A stretch of 42,041 bases of DNA from a bacterium (GTDB lineage Bacteria; Patescibacteriota; Minisyncoccia; UBA6257; GWB1-50-10), in assembly GCA_027310975.1 (NCBI GenBank), contig DAICZV010000001.1, positions 1-42,041 on the forward strand, written 5' to 3'. Shown one piece after another: positions 7,325 to 15,040 of the stretch (positions are counted from its first letter, which is position 1; every line of letters begins with the position of its first letter). Below the pieces are notes generated by a model. The model had not been told where the DNA came from, searched no databases, and worked only from the letters and a program-made list of their open reading frames with translations. The position numbers and the translations under genes were made by a program.

Positions 7325-7546
7325 TCAAGCTATCGCCACCAGTTCGTCGTTTCCGTTCATCTCCCAGAAACGCCTTTTCTGGTCCCGAAACCGACCTTTG
7401 CTCGTCTCCTCCAGGGCCAGTTTTTGCGGTACGCCATGCATGACCACCTGGACCAGTTTTACTTTTTTGCTGCTCGGCAGCGTCCGGATGATCTTCAGGC
7501 GTTCGGCTGGCTTGGGGGTGGCTGCGCCACCGATAGGTCTTTCCAT
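7325..7546 (-). CDS. Hypothetical small basic protein (73 aa)
   Basis: Canonical RBS GAAAAGGAGAAGTC directly before the ATG, and its own downstream terminator. No recognisable family. Confidence 0.55.
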   Translation of the reverse strand: MERPIGGAATPKPAERLKIIRTLPSSKKVKLVQVVMHGVPQKLALEETSKGRFRDQKRRFWEMNGNDELVAIA

Positions 7547-7640
7547 GACTTCTCCTTTTCATTTGTGAAAGGGCTCGCGGGGTTTGGTCTTGTTTCATCC
7601 CCACGCATAAAGGTTGAGTCGGCCCTTATGCCTGAAGACG

Positions 7641-7676
7641 AAAAACCCTCCGCTTGGGGGCGGAGGGTTTGTTTTC
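7641..7676. terminator. Bidirectional rho-independent terminator (ends the rplJL transcript)
   Basis: Stem ccctccgc/gcggaggg (7646-7667), flanked by an A-run on one side and a T-run on the other. The minus strand reads ...GGAGGGTTTTTCGTCTT. Confidence 0.7.
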
Positions 7677-7773
7677 GTTCGGTTAAAGTCGCTTAGATTT
7701 GAAAACCAACCATCCGCCCTTCAGTAAGGAGGATAAGGGACAAACCGATAACGACGACGGATGGTTTAAGCAT

Positions 7774-7852
7774 GGATACAATGGATATTAACGGATATTT
7801 CCGGATACAGGCGGATATTTTTATCCTTATCCGTTAGTATCAATTAGTATCC
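7774..7852. repeat. AT-rich array of phased GGATA / TATCC words
   Basis: GGATA occurs at 7774, 7783, 7793, 7803 and 7813 (spacing 9, 10, 10, 10). Inverted TATCC/TATCA copies follow at 7822, 7828, 7838 and 7848. The centre is GGATATTTTTATCC. Confidence 0.8.
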
Positions 7853-7869
7853 GTATTATATCAGATCGC

Positions 7870-8238
7870 TTATTGCAGTTCCACGGTGCCGCCGACCTCT
7901 TCCAGCTTTTTCTTAAGCTCTTCGGCGTCTTCTTTCTTCAGGCCCTCCTTCACGACCTTCGGGGCGGCGTCGGCGATATCCTTCGCCTCCTTAAGGCCCA
8001 AACCGGTCGCTTCGCGGATGACCTTGATGACGCCGATCTTCTGATCGCCCGCGGCCTTCAAAAGGACGTTCCAGGCGGTCTTCTCTTCGGCGGCGGCGCC
8101 TCCCGCGGCCGGGCCGGCGACGGCCATGGCGGCGGCGGAAACGCCGAACTTCTCTTCCAGGGCCTTCACGAGTTCGGAGAGCTCCAAAACGGAGAGCTTC
8201 TCTACCTCGGCGATTATCTTCTCAAATTTTTCTGACAT
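7870..8238 (-). CDS. rplL: 50S ribosomal protein L7/L12
   Basis: [33 protein letters not shown]..., an Ala/Gly hinge, and a C-terminal [16 protein letters not shown] region. Start taken at the internal Met (8238). Confidence 0.92.
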   Translation of the reverse strand: MSEKFEKIIAEVEKLSVLELSELVKALEEKFGVSAAAMAVAGPAAGGAAAEEKTAWNVLLKAAGDQKIGVIKVIREATGLGLKEAKDIADAAPKVVKEGLKKEDAEELKKKLEEVGGTVELQ

Positions 8239-8249
8239 TGTTTTGAATC

Positions 8250-8328
8250 CACTAATACACACTAATTACCACTAATTTCACTAAACGTATTCGTGATATT
8301 CGTGATTGATTTGTGAAAGTTAGTGTGT
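8250..8328. repeat. AT-rich phased-repeat/palindrome spacer between rplJ and rplL
   Basis: CACTAA occurs at 8250, 8260, 8270 and 8279. TATTCGTGA occurs at 8288 and 8298. Two inverted pairs are present: acacactaa (8257-8265) with ttagtgtgt (8320-8328), and tttcac with gtgaaa. Confidence 0.75.
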
Positions 8329-8400
8329 TACACGACCTTTTTAGCTTTTTCGTTCACCCCGCACATAATGATTCAAAGTGGTGAATGCTAAAGTTCAAGA

Positions 8401-8913
8401 TTATGATTTATTTGAATTTGTTTCATTATGTGCGGAGTTCAAAACGAACAAAACTTTCTTGATGGGAACGGTGAGCATGAAGGCGAGCTGGCCGAGGAGC
8501 ACCTCGCGGGTCGGCAACTGGCCGTAGCGCTTAACGGTTTCAGCATCCATGTACTTCTTCTCCTTCACTTCAAACCCGCCCGAGATATTGAAAAGGTTCT
8601 TCGCGGCGAACGGCTTGCCGAATTTGTGAACCGCGCCGGCCGTTTCCACCATGTCCTTGGGTGAAAAGACGACGCCGGTCTGGCCCGCAAAATTCTTCGG
8701 TTCAAAATCCAGGCCCTGGTCCTTGAGGACGAGCTTCAAGAGGCGCTTTTTCACGACCACCATTTTGCCGCCGATCCCGCGGACCGCCCGCCGGAAAGCG
8801 TTCAAGTCGTTGGCCGAAAGTCCGGTGAAGTCCGTGATGACCACCGTCTCGCTCTTGCCGAGCTCCTGCTGGCCGAGCTCTATCTGCTCTTTTTTCTGCA
8901 ATTTAGTCTTCAT
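8401..8913 (-). CDS. rplJ: 50S ribosomal protein L10
   Basis: 170 aa with an L10-like N-terminus (VVITDFTGLSANDLNAFRRAVR), immediately upstream of rplL. Confidence 0.9.
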   Translation of the reverse strand: MKTKLQKKEQIELGQQELGKSETVVITDFTGLSANDLNAFRRAVRGIGGKMVVVKKRLLKLVLKDQGLDFEPKNFAGQTGVVFSPKDMVETAGAVHKFGKPFAAKNLFNISGGFEVKEKKYMDAETVKRYGQLPTREVLLGQLAFMLTVPIKKVLFVLNSAHNETNSNKS

Positions 8914-9019
8914 ATTGGCTGATAATAAAAAATCCGCGGTTTTTCCGCAGACAAAAGGCCATTTCTGGCTTTTCCTCGGCGGGGCTTATTGTTCGCCCGC
9001 TGTCTGTGGAATTACAAGT
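8914..9019 (-). promoter_or_regulatory. rplJ 5' leader with attenuator-like hairpin (L10-leader-like)
   Basis: About 100 nt of leader with nested stems (CAGACA/TGTCTG, GCGGG/CCCCGC). The last hairpin, CTGCGG-AAAAA-CCGCGG (8950-8934), is followed by ATTTTTTATT just before the ATG. No SD is visible. Confidence 0.5.
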
Positions 9020-9048
9020 ACCTTATCATACCCTAGAAAAAGATGCAA
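9020..9048 (-). promoter_or_regulatory. Candidate rplJ promoter
   Basis: Minus strand TTGCAT-17 nt-TAAGGT with TGA in the extended -10 position. Confidence 0.4.
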
Positions 9049-9051
9049 GGA

Positions 9052-9089
9052 CTTAAAATAAAATGGAGCCGAGTGGTTAGCCCGGCTCC
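9052..9089 (-). terminator. Terminator after the SPFH gene
   Basis: Minus strand GGAGCCG-GGCTAACCACT-CGGCTCC followed by ATTTTATTTTAAG. Confidence 0.6.
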
Positions 9090-9106
9090 GATTGGAAAAT
9101 ATGATG

Positions 9107-10210
9107 CTATTTTTGGGGAATTGGGATCTGTAGGAGCATCCCACCGCCCTGGCCCTCAACCATTGGTCGTTGGCCATTCCATCTCTGCACGGCTTCCTCC
9201 GTGATCTGAAGCCGCCGCCATTCCAGCAATTTATCGGTTATCGACTGCGTTAGAATTTGGTTCGCCTTAGCCTCGCCCTGAGCGATGGCCACTTTTTTCT
9301 GCGCCTCAGCTTGGGCCATCAAGACCTCGTTCTGCACCTGCATAGCCTTCTGTGTCGCCGTAATCTTCGCATTTAAGGCATCAACTACGCCTTGTGGCAA
9401 CCTCAATGCTCCGGTGAACCCAAACTGGATAATTTGCACGCCGAATTGTTGGACCTGGGAGTTGATTCGATCAACGACTTGTTTTAGTAGTTGGTCCTTT
9501 CCCTCGCCATATATCTGGTCAACGGTGTAGTTCGCCCCGATTTCGTTGAAAGCATCGCGAGCGACATTGTGCAAATATCCGTGAGTGAATAAATTCAGGT
9601 CATCTGACCGGAATTTAACGTAAAAGGCCGGGACCTTGTCTTGTTGCAGCTGGTAGCTCAATGAAATGTCTCCGCTGATAACCAGCCCCTCCTTTGAGTT
9701 AAAAGTAATTGACTCATCGTTCGGCGATCCCTCATTTGGGTTTTTAGTCCAAATGGCGGTTTGAACGAACGTCGGATACTCAAAAACTTTCTGAGTGAAC
9801 ATGTTGTAGAACACCCAGCCAGTTTGGAGCGGTAATTGGTCAACACCGCGGCTGTCTCCAGTCATGTTGACCTTGATGCCGACATATCCTGGACTGACTA
9901 TCGAGCACCCGGCACAACTTGAAAGGGACATAGCAAGGCCACCAAGCATAACAGCCGAAAGAGCCTTTGATACTACGGTCTTTGACAAAGAGGCCGATTT
10001 CTTAGCTTTTCTCTGTTTTCCGCGTTTGCGGAGCTTTGTCGTTACGAACAAGAACCACCCCAGCCCCAGGGCTAGCAGCAGAACTATGCCTGCGCTTACA
10101 GACAGATCGCTCGGCGCATTCATCATAGATAACGCTTGCGTTGCGACCCACGACGTCAACAGTGCGGCTATTATGTAGCCAACAACTTTGAAACCAATCG
10201 ATGGCTTCAT
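9107..10210 (-). CDS. SPFH/band-7 (prohibitin/HflC-like) domain membrane protein
   Basis: Two N-terminal TM helices and a Lys/Arg-rich linker. A third hydrophobic segment ends in the lipobox-like LSSC. Then comes an SPFH-type core (GYVGIKV...ITFNSKEGLVISGDISLSYQL) and an Ala/Gln-rich coiled coil. Confidence 0.7.
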   Translation of the reverse strand: MKPSIGFKVVGYIIAALLTSWVATQALSMMNAPSDLSVSAGIVLLLALGLGWFLFVTTKLRKRGKQRKAKKSASLSKTVVSKALSAVMLGGLAMSLSSCAGCSIVSPGYVGIKVNMTGDSRGVDQLPLQTGWVFYNMFTQKVFEYPTFVQTAIWTKNPNEGSPNDESITFNSKEGLVISGDISLSYQLQQDKVPAFYVKFRSDDLNLFTHGYLHNVARDAFNEIGANYTVDQIYGEGKDQLLKQVVDRINSQVQQFGVQIIQFGFTGALRLPQGVVDALNAKITATQKAMQVQNEVLMAQAEAQKKVAIAQGEAKANQILTQSITDKLLEWRRLQITEEAVQRWNGQRPMVEGQGGGMLLQIPIPQK

Positions 10211-10294
10211 CTAATCTACCTCCTATTTTCTTAGTTCTGGGATTTGTCCCAGTGGCATTTCCACTTTTGTGGATATATCAATTCAACTGCTTAT

Positions 10295-10323
10295 AGTTTA
10301 AACGATTAGTATAGTTTTGTCAA
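10295..10323 (-). promoter_or_regulatory. Candidate promoter of the SPFH gene
   Basis: Minus strand TTGACA-17 nt-TAAACT. Downstream RBS AATAGGAGGTAGATTAG directly before the ATG. Confidence 0.5.
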
Positions 10324-10372
10324 TACCAGCAGAATGCAAAAAACATGAATAACTAAAAACGATACTTAACCA

Positions 10373-12322
10373 CTAAATATCAATATTTTTGGCGTAGACC
10401 GCGTTCGCCTGGATGAAGTTCTTGCGCGGCTCCACGAGCTCGCCCATCAATACGTCAAAGAGCTTATCGGCCGCGACAGCATCGTCCACCGTGACCCGCA
10501 GGAAAAGACGCCTTTCAGGGTCCATGGTCGTTTCCCAAAGCTGGGACGGATTCATTTCTCCGAGACCCTTGTAGCGCTGGATGGTGACCCCCTCCCCCAT
10601 CTTTTTCAGCATCTTGTCGCGCTCCGCGTCGGAATAGGCGTAGGCCATTTCTTTGCCTTTGCGGAGCTGGAAGAGCGGCGGCTGGGCGATGTACATATAG
10701 CCGTCCTCCACTATCTTCGGGAAGTAGCGGTAAAAGAGCGTAAGGAGCAAGGTTCGGATGTGGGCGCCGTCCACGTCGGCATCGGTCATGATGACGATCT
10801 TGTGGTAGCGGAGCTTCGTGATGTCAAAGTTCTCGGAGATGGCCGTGCCGAGCGCGATGACGAGAGCGCGGATCTCTTTATTGAGGAGCATTTTGTCTAT
10901 GCGGGACTTCTCCACGTTCATTATCTTGCCGCGCAGGGGCAGGATGGCCTGGAAGCGGCGGTCGCGGCCCTGTTTGGCGCTGCCGCCGGCGCTGTCGCCC
11001 TCAACGATGTAAAGTTCGGACTCCTCGGCCTTGCGCGACGAGCAGTCGGCGAGTTTGCCGGGCAGGGTCAGGCCTTCCAAGGCGCCCTTCCGAAGGACGG
11101 TGTCCTTCGCGGCCTTGGCGGCCTGCCGGGCCTTGGCGGCCAGGAGGTTCTTTTCAATTATCCTTTTGCCTTCGCTACCGTGCTTTTCCAAGAACTCCTT
11201 GAGGGCTTCGGAAACGACCATCTCCACGGCCGGGCGCGCCTCGGGGTTGCCCAGGCGGGCCTTGGTCTGGCCTTCAAATTGCGGTTCGCGGATCTTCACC
11301 GAGACGATGGCCACGATCCCCTCGCGGATATCGTCGCCCGTCAGATTCTCGTCCTTTTCCTTCAGATAGCCCTCGCTCCGCGCATAGTCGTTCAAAGTGC
11401 GGGTAAGAGCGCTCCGGAGGCCCGTAAGATGCATGCCGCCGTCGGGAGTATAAATGTTATTCGCGAACGAAAGCTCCTTCGCCTCTTGGTCGTCCACATA
11501 AGTGATGACCGTTTCCACCTCTATGCCTTCATAGGCCTTATGGACGTAGAAGTTTTCGTTGAGGAGCGTCGTTTCGCCGTCCAAAAGATGGTGGATGAAC
11601 GAATTGAGCCCGCCGTCAAAGTAGAAGCCGTAATAGAACGGCTGCTCTTCACGTTCATCAAGAAACTCTATCCGGATGCCTTTGGTTAAATAGGCCTGCT
11701 GGCGCAAATGGTCCAATATCTTTTTGCGGTCAAATTCAATGGTCTGGAATATCTCCGCGTCCGGCTGGAAGATTATCTTCGTTCCGGTCGTGTCGGATTT
11801 GGCGATTTTTTTGACGTTGTACTGGGGCTTGCCGCGCTTGTATTCCTGAACGTAGAGTCCGCCATCTTTGTTAACCTCCGCCTTCATCCAGGTGGAGAGA
11901 GCGTTCACGACGGAAACGCCCACGCCGTGCAAGCCGCCTGAGACCTTGTACGATTCGCCGCCGAACTTGCCGCCTGCGTGGAGCGTGCAGAGCGCCGTTT
12001 CCAGAGCCGACTTCTTCGTCTGCGGATGGATATCAACCGGAATGCCGCGGCCGTCGTCCGTGACCGCCACCTTGTTGTCCTTGAGGAGTTCTACTTTGAT
12101 GTTCTTGGCGAAGCCGGCCATCGCCTCGTCAATGGAGTTGTCCACAATCTCCCAGACCAGGTGGTGCAGTCCGTCCACGCCTGTGGAGCCGATGTACATA
12201 CCCGGCCGCTTCCGGACCGGTTCCAAGCCCTCCAAAACGTATATGTCCTTGGCGCTGTAAGATGAGCTGCCCTGGGTAATGCTATTCTTCTCTTCTTTTT
12301 TGTCTTTTGGCATATGAGGCAC
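10373..12322 (-). CDS. gyrB: DNA gyrase subunit B
   Basis: GHKL ATPase motifs (GLHHLVWEIVDNSIDEA), the Toprim EGDSAGG motif, and the C-terminal QRYKGLGEM. An alternative ATG start lies 9 nt downstream (12313). Confidence 0.95.
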   Translation of the reverse strand: MPHMPKDKKEEKNSITQGSSSYSAKDIYVLEGLEPVRKRPGMYIGSTGVDGLHHLVWEIVDNSIDEAMAGFAKNIKVELLKDNKVAVTDDGRGIPVDIHPQTKKSALETALCTLHAGGKFGGESYKVSGGLHGVGVSVVNALSTWMKAEVNKDGGLYVQEYKRGKPQYNVKKIAKSDTTGTKIIFQPDAEIFQTIEFDRKKILDHLRQQAYLTKGIRIEFLDEREEQPFYYGFYFDGGLNSFIHHLLDGETTLLNENFYVHKAYEGIEVETVITYVDDQEAKELSFANNIYTPDGGMHLTGLRSALTRTLNDYARSEGYLKEKDENLTGDDIREGIVAIVSVKIREPQFEGQTKARLGNPEARPAVEMVVSEALKEFLEKHGSEGKRIIEKNLLAAKARQAAKAAKDTVLRKGALEGLTLPGKLADCSSRKAEESELYIVEGDSAGGSAKQGRDRRFQAILPLRGKIMNVEKSRIDKMLLNKEIRALVIALGTAISENFDITKLRYHKIVIMTDADVDGAHIRTLLLTLFYRYFPKIVEDGYMYIAQPPLFQLRKGKEMAYAYSDAERDKMLKKMGEGVTIQRYKGLGEMNPSQLWETTMDPERRLFLRVTVDDAVAADKLFDVLMGELVEPRKNFIQANAVYAKNIDI

Positions 12323-12357
12323 AAAAAATAGCCGCTTGGCCCTTTTTTCTTATTGTC

Positions 12358-12386
12358 ATTATACCAGATTCGGGTGGCCGGAACAA
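12358..12386 (-). promoter_or_regulatory. Candidate gyrB promoter
   Basis: Minus strand TTGTTC-17 nt (the spacer ends in the extended -10 TG)-TATAAT, i.e. ...TGGTATAAT. Confidence 0.45.
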
Positions 12387-12390
12387 GCCG

Positions 12391-12654
12391 CTAAACCCCG
12401 AAAAGGCGGCCTAAAATCTGGTCTTTTGGCACTTTATACGAGGCCGAGCGGGATATGGTTCCCCGCAGGTCGTAGAGGCCGTTTTGAACCCCTGCCACCT
12501 TCTTGACGATGAACTTGTCCCCGCCTGCGGGGTCTTTAAAGACGGCGTAATCCCCCGCCTGAGGCGCGCAAAGGCCGGTCGCCCAATAAGTGCGACCGGG
12601 GATTAGCTCTGGCCATAAACTTTCCCCGGATATTTTCACACGGAAAATAATCAT
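12391..12654 (-). CDS. sodX: S26-family peptidase, probable NiSOD maturation protease SodX
   Basis: 87 aa minimal signal-peptidase fold: SGESLWPEL (Ser motif, compare GDSMxP) and FIVKKVAGV (Lys motif). It lies directly downstream of sodN. Confidence 0.65.
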   Translation of the reverse strand: MIIFRVKISGESLWPELIPGRTYWATGLCAPQAGDYAVFKDPAGGDKFIVKKVAGVQNGLYDLRGTISRSASYKVPKDQILGRLFGV

Positions 12655-12658
12655 GGAC

Positions 12659-12782
12659 TAATTTTCAATTCTCAATTTTGCAATTTTCAATCAATGTTCA
12701 ATTTTCAATTACCAAACACGTTGTTTGAAAAATTAATTCATTGAAAATTCAATGTAAATTGATAATTGTAAATTGAAAATTA
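12659..12782. repeat. About 125-bp AT-rich imperfect palindrome built from CAATTTT/AAAATTG heptamer words
   Basis: Fills the whole sodN-sodX spacer. The left arm is taattttcaattctcaattttgcaattttcaat... and the right arm is its imperfect reverse complement. The centre is CAAACA-CGT-TGTTTG at about 12720. Confidence 0.8.
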
Positions 12783-13253
12783 ATACAACTTATCCGTTAT
12801 CTCCTTGTACGCGTTATAGCGCGCCGGGTCGCCTTTCACTTCGTAAAAGACCTTGGCAATCTCGTCCACGGCGCCGCAGAGCGCGGCGGCGTCCTCTTTG
12901 CTGATATTCTGCTTGTCTTTGGAGCAGAGCTTCGCCGCCTTCCAGAACATCTCGTGCAGGTTCGGGTATTTCTCCAAATGCTCCGGCTTGAAGAAGTCGG
13001 ACCAGAGGATATAGAGCTCTTTCTTGCAGATTTGGGCGTGCTCCTCCTTGACCGCCACGCGGCGGGAAACGCTTTGGATATAAAGCGAGGCCGCGGCGGC
13101 ATCGTTCCAGTCCTTCGGCGGATGGGTGTCCTCTATCTGGTCCACCATTCTTGCGACTGTTTTCGCCGCGATCTTCGCCGGCACGGGCTCGTATATTCCG
13201 CAGGGCACGTCGCAGTGCGCCTCCGCGGCGATCAAAGGGATTAAGTGTTTCAT
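12780..13253 (-). CDS. sodN: Nickel-dependent superoxide dismutase (NiSOD) precursor
   Basis: A short propeptide MKHLIPLIAAEA is followed by the nickel-hook HCDVPCGIY (canonical HCDLPCGVY). Start set at 13253 rather than 13289. Confidence 0.85.
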   Translation of the reverse strand: MKHLIPLIAAEAHCDVPCGIYEPVPAKIAAKTVARMVDQIEDTHPPKDWNDAAAASLYIQSVSRRVAVKEEHAQICKKELYILWSDFFKPEHLEKYPNLHEMFWKAAKLCSKDKQNISKEDAAALCGAVDEIAKVFYEVKGDPARYNAYKEITDKLY

Positions 13254-13259
13254 ATCCCC

Positions 13260-13265
13260 ATTATA
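13260..13265 (-). promoter_or_regulatory. -10 box TATAAT 6 nt before the sodN ATG (leaderless-type)
   Basis: Minus strand GTTTATAAT-GGGGAT-ATG. No SD. Confidence 0.4.
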
Positions 13266-13285
13266 AACCATCGGCCTAGGCGCGG

Positions 13286-15040
13286 TCACTTCAGGCGCTT
13301 CTCTATTTTAGTGAGGTCGCTTTCAATCGCTTTTTCCGAACGGTCCAGGTCGTCCTTCATTTGCTTCAAAAGAATGTCCTCTTCCCGCGTAAGCTCCCTC
13401 ACGGACCGGATTTTTTCCAGATAGCGGACGTGGTCCCGAATGTCGGTCTTGAGGGCTTTGAAGGCCCGCTCCACGTCGCGTTCCACTACCTGCGCCTCTT
13501 TAGCGATATCTTTCTTCAGAGCGCGCACTTTGCGCGTGCCGTACCAAATGGCCGCAACGGCGAGGATGAGTATGACGACGAGTGAAACGATGGCCGTGAT
13601 CAAACTGATGGTGTAAGTTCCGATGCCTAAGAATGTGCCCGGCGAAACCGCAACATCATACTTCTGAGTCGACGGGCTTTGGGCTCCCCGGCTGTCCTGG
13701 ACCGCGGCGTACATCTTATAAGCGCCCGGACTGATCGCTCCATCTCCGGTGACCGTGAAATTACCGCTCCCGTCGCTCACGCCGGTCCAGGTCTTGGGCA
13801 GCGTCCCCTGGCCTTCCAGATTTATGCTCACGGTCGCGTTCGGATAGGTGGTGCCCTTAACAACCAAAAAGTCTCCCTGGCGCAACGAGGTCGTGTAGCC
13901 GGTGATGGTCGGCGGATCTATCGGCGTCACCGTGAATGATGCAAGCGCGGTTTGATAATTGCTGGCCTGATCAAAGGCCTGGACCAAAATGTTGTGCGGG
14001 CCGCTCGTCTGAACCGGCAGTGAGTAGGGCCCGCTGGCCGCTTGGCCGGCTGAAACAGCGATGAGATTCTGGTCGTCCACCTTTATCTTATAGTCTGCGA
14101 TGCCGGAAGGAGTGTCGGTCGCGTTCAAAATCACGGCCGGTTGCGGATTCGTCGGATCGGGATTCGCCGCGAAGCGGATTTGGAAAGGGTCCGGCGGCGT
14201 CGTGTCTATCTGGAACCTGAAGTGGGCAGTGCTTCCCCAACCGCTCGCATCGTGGAACTGGGCGTGGAAGTACCAAATGCCGTCCCCAAGACCCGTCAGT
14301 TCCTTCTCGCCCATCGGCGGTTCGTAAAGCACGGTGGGTGTGGAATTTTGGTACTTGTTGTAAAGCAGGCGCACGGCGTCAATGTCTGAGGGCACTTCCC
14401 AATTAAGCTTAATGTCATTGGACGGATACCACTTGTTTTGGTCGGGTACGTTCGGCGACGAGATGACCGGCGCGGACGGCCCGCTCGTTCCGCTCGGCGT
14501 TGAAGCCGTCGCGTTGCTCGCGGCTCCGGCCGGGACGTTCACGGCATATTGGTTGGCAGGCAGGCCCTGGGCATCCAGGACGTTGGTGCCCTGGCCGTCG
14601 TTCGCCAGAATGGAACCGGAGGTGAAGGAAACCAGGGCAATGCCCGGAGAGATTGCCCGGAAATAAACGGTAATGACATTACCGTTGGAACCGGTGAACC
14701 CCGGATTCAGAATCACGCCCTGGAAATTTATCGTGCCTGCGCTATTGGAATAGCTCGGGTCTTGGACCCATAGGCTCACCACGGAGCTGCTTTTGGAGAC
14801 CGAAGAGACCGCCAGTTTATCGTTGGGGAAAGAGATAACGCCGGAAACGGCATTCACGGCCTGGCCCGCGTTCACGTAGACCGTTACCGGAATGGCATCT
14901 CCCACGCTGTACGAACCGGTCTGGCTGGAAAACGAAAAGGTCGCCCCCGCCGCCCGGGCCGCGGGCAAGCACAGAAAAAGCGCCGCGGCGGCGAGTGCCG
15001 GCCAAAAACGGGTTACCTTCCTTTCTTTCTGATGAGCCAT
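13286..15040 (-). CDS. Membrane-anchored cohesin-domain surface protein with Ig-like repeats and a cytoplasmic coiled-coil tail
   Basis: Signal peptide, then a cohesin-like module (ATFSFSSQTGSYSVGDAIPVTVYVNAGQAVNAVSGVISFP...). Next come beta-rich repeats, a C-terminal TM helix (ISLITAIVSLVVILILAVAAIWY) and a charged helical tail. Start chosen at MAHQKERK (15040), because the longer ORF overlaps the upstream gene. Confidence 0.6.
   Translation of the reverse strand: MAHQKERKVTRFWPALAAAALFLCLPAARAAGATFSFSSQTGSYSVGDAIPVTVYVNAGQAVNAVSGVISFPNDKLAVSSVSKSSSVVSLWVQDPSYSNSAGTINFQGVILNPGFTGSNGNVITVYFRAISPGIALVSFTSGSILANDGQGTNVLDAQGLPANQYAVNVPAGAASNATASTPSGTSGPSAPVISSPNVPDQNKWYPSNDIKLNWEVPSDIDAVRLLYNKYQNSTPTVLYEPPMGEKELTGLGDGIWYFHAQFHDASGWGSTAHFRFQIDTTPPDPFQIRFAANPDPTNPQPAVILNATDTPSGIADYKIKVDDQNLIAVSAGQAASGPYSLPVQTSGPHNILVQAFDQASNYQTALASFTVTPIDPPTITGYTTSLRQGDFLVVKGTTYPNATVSINLEGQGTLPKTWTGVSDGSGNFTVTGDGAISPGAYKMYAAVQDSRGAQSPSTQKYDVAVSPGTFLGIGTYTISLITAIVSLVVILILAVAAIWYGTRKVRALKKDIAKEAQVVERDVERAFKALKTDIRDHVRYLEKIRSVRELTREEDILLKQMKDDLDRSEKAIESDLTKIEKRLK

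Noticed and set aside
7174-7443. The 89-aa plus-strand ORF.
   Set aside because: It starts inside the REP-like palindromes, runs antisense to the RBS-supported 73-aa gene, and has no start context.
7774-7852. The GGATA/TATCC array considered as oriC, plasmid-type iterons or a CRISPR array.
   Set aside because: The units are only about 10 bp with no unique spacers, so this is not CRISPR. Only the TATCC core matches a DnaA box, and the ACA half is not conserved. Genes on both sides run in the same direction, which argues against an origin. It is kept as an unexplained phased-repeat finding instead.
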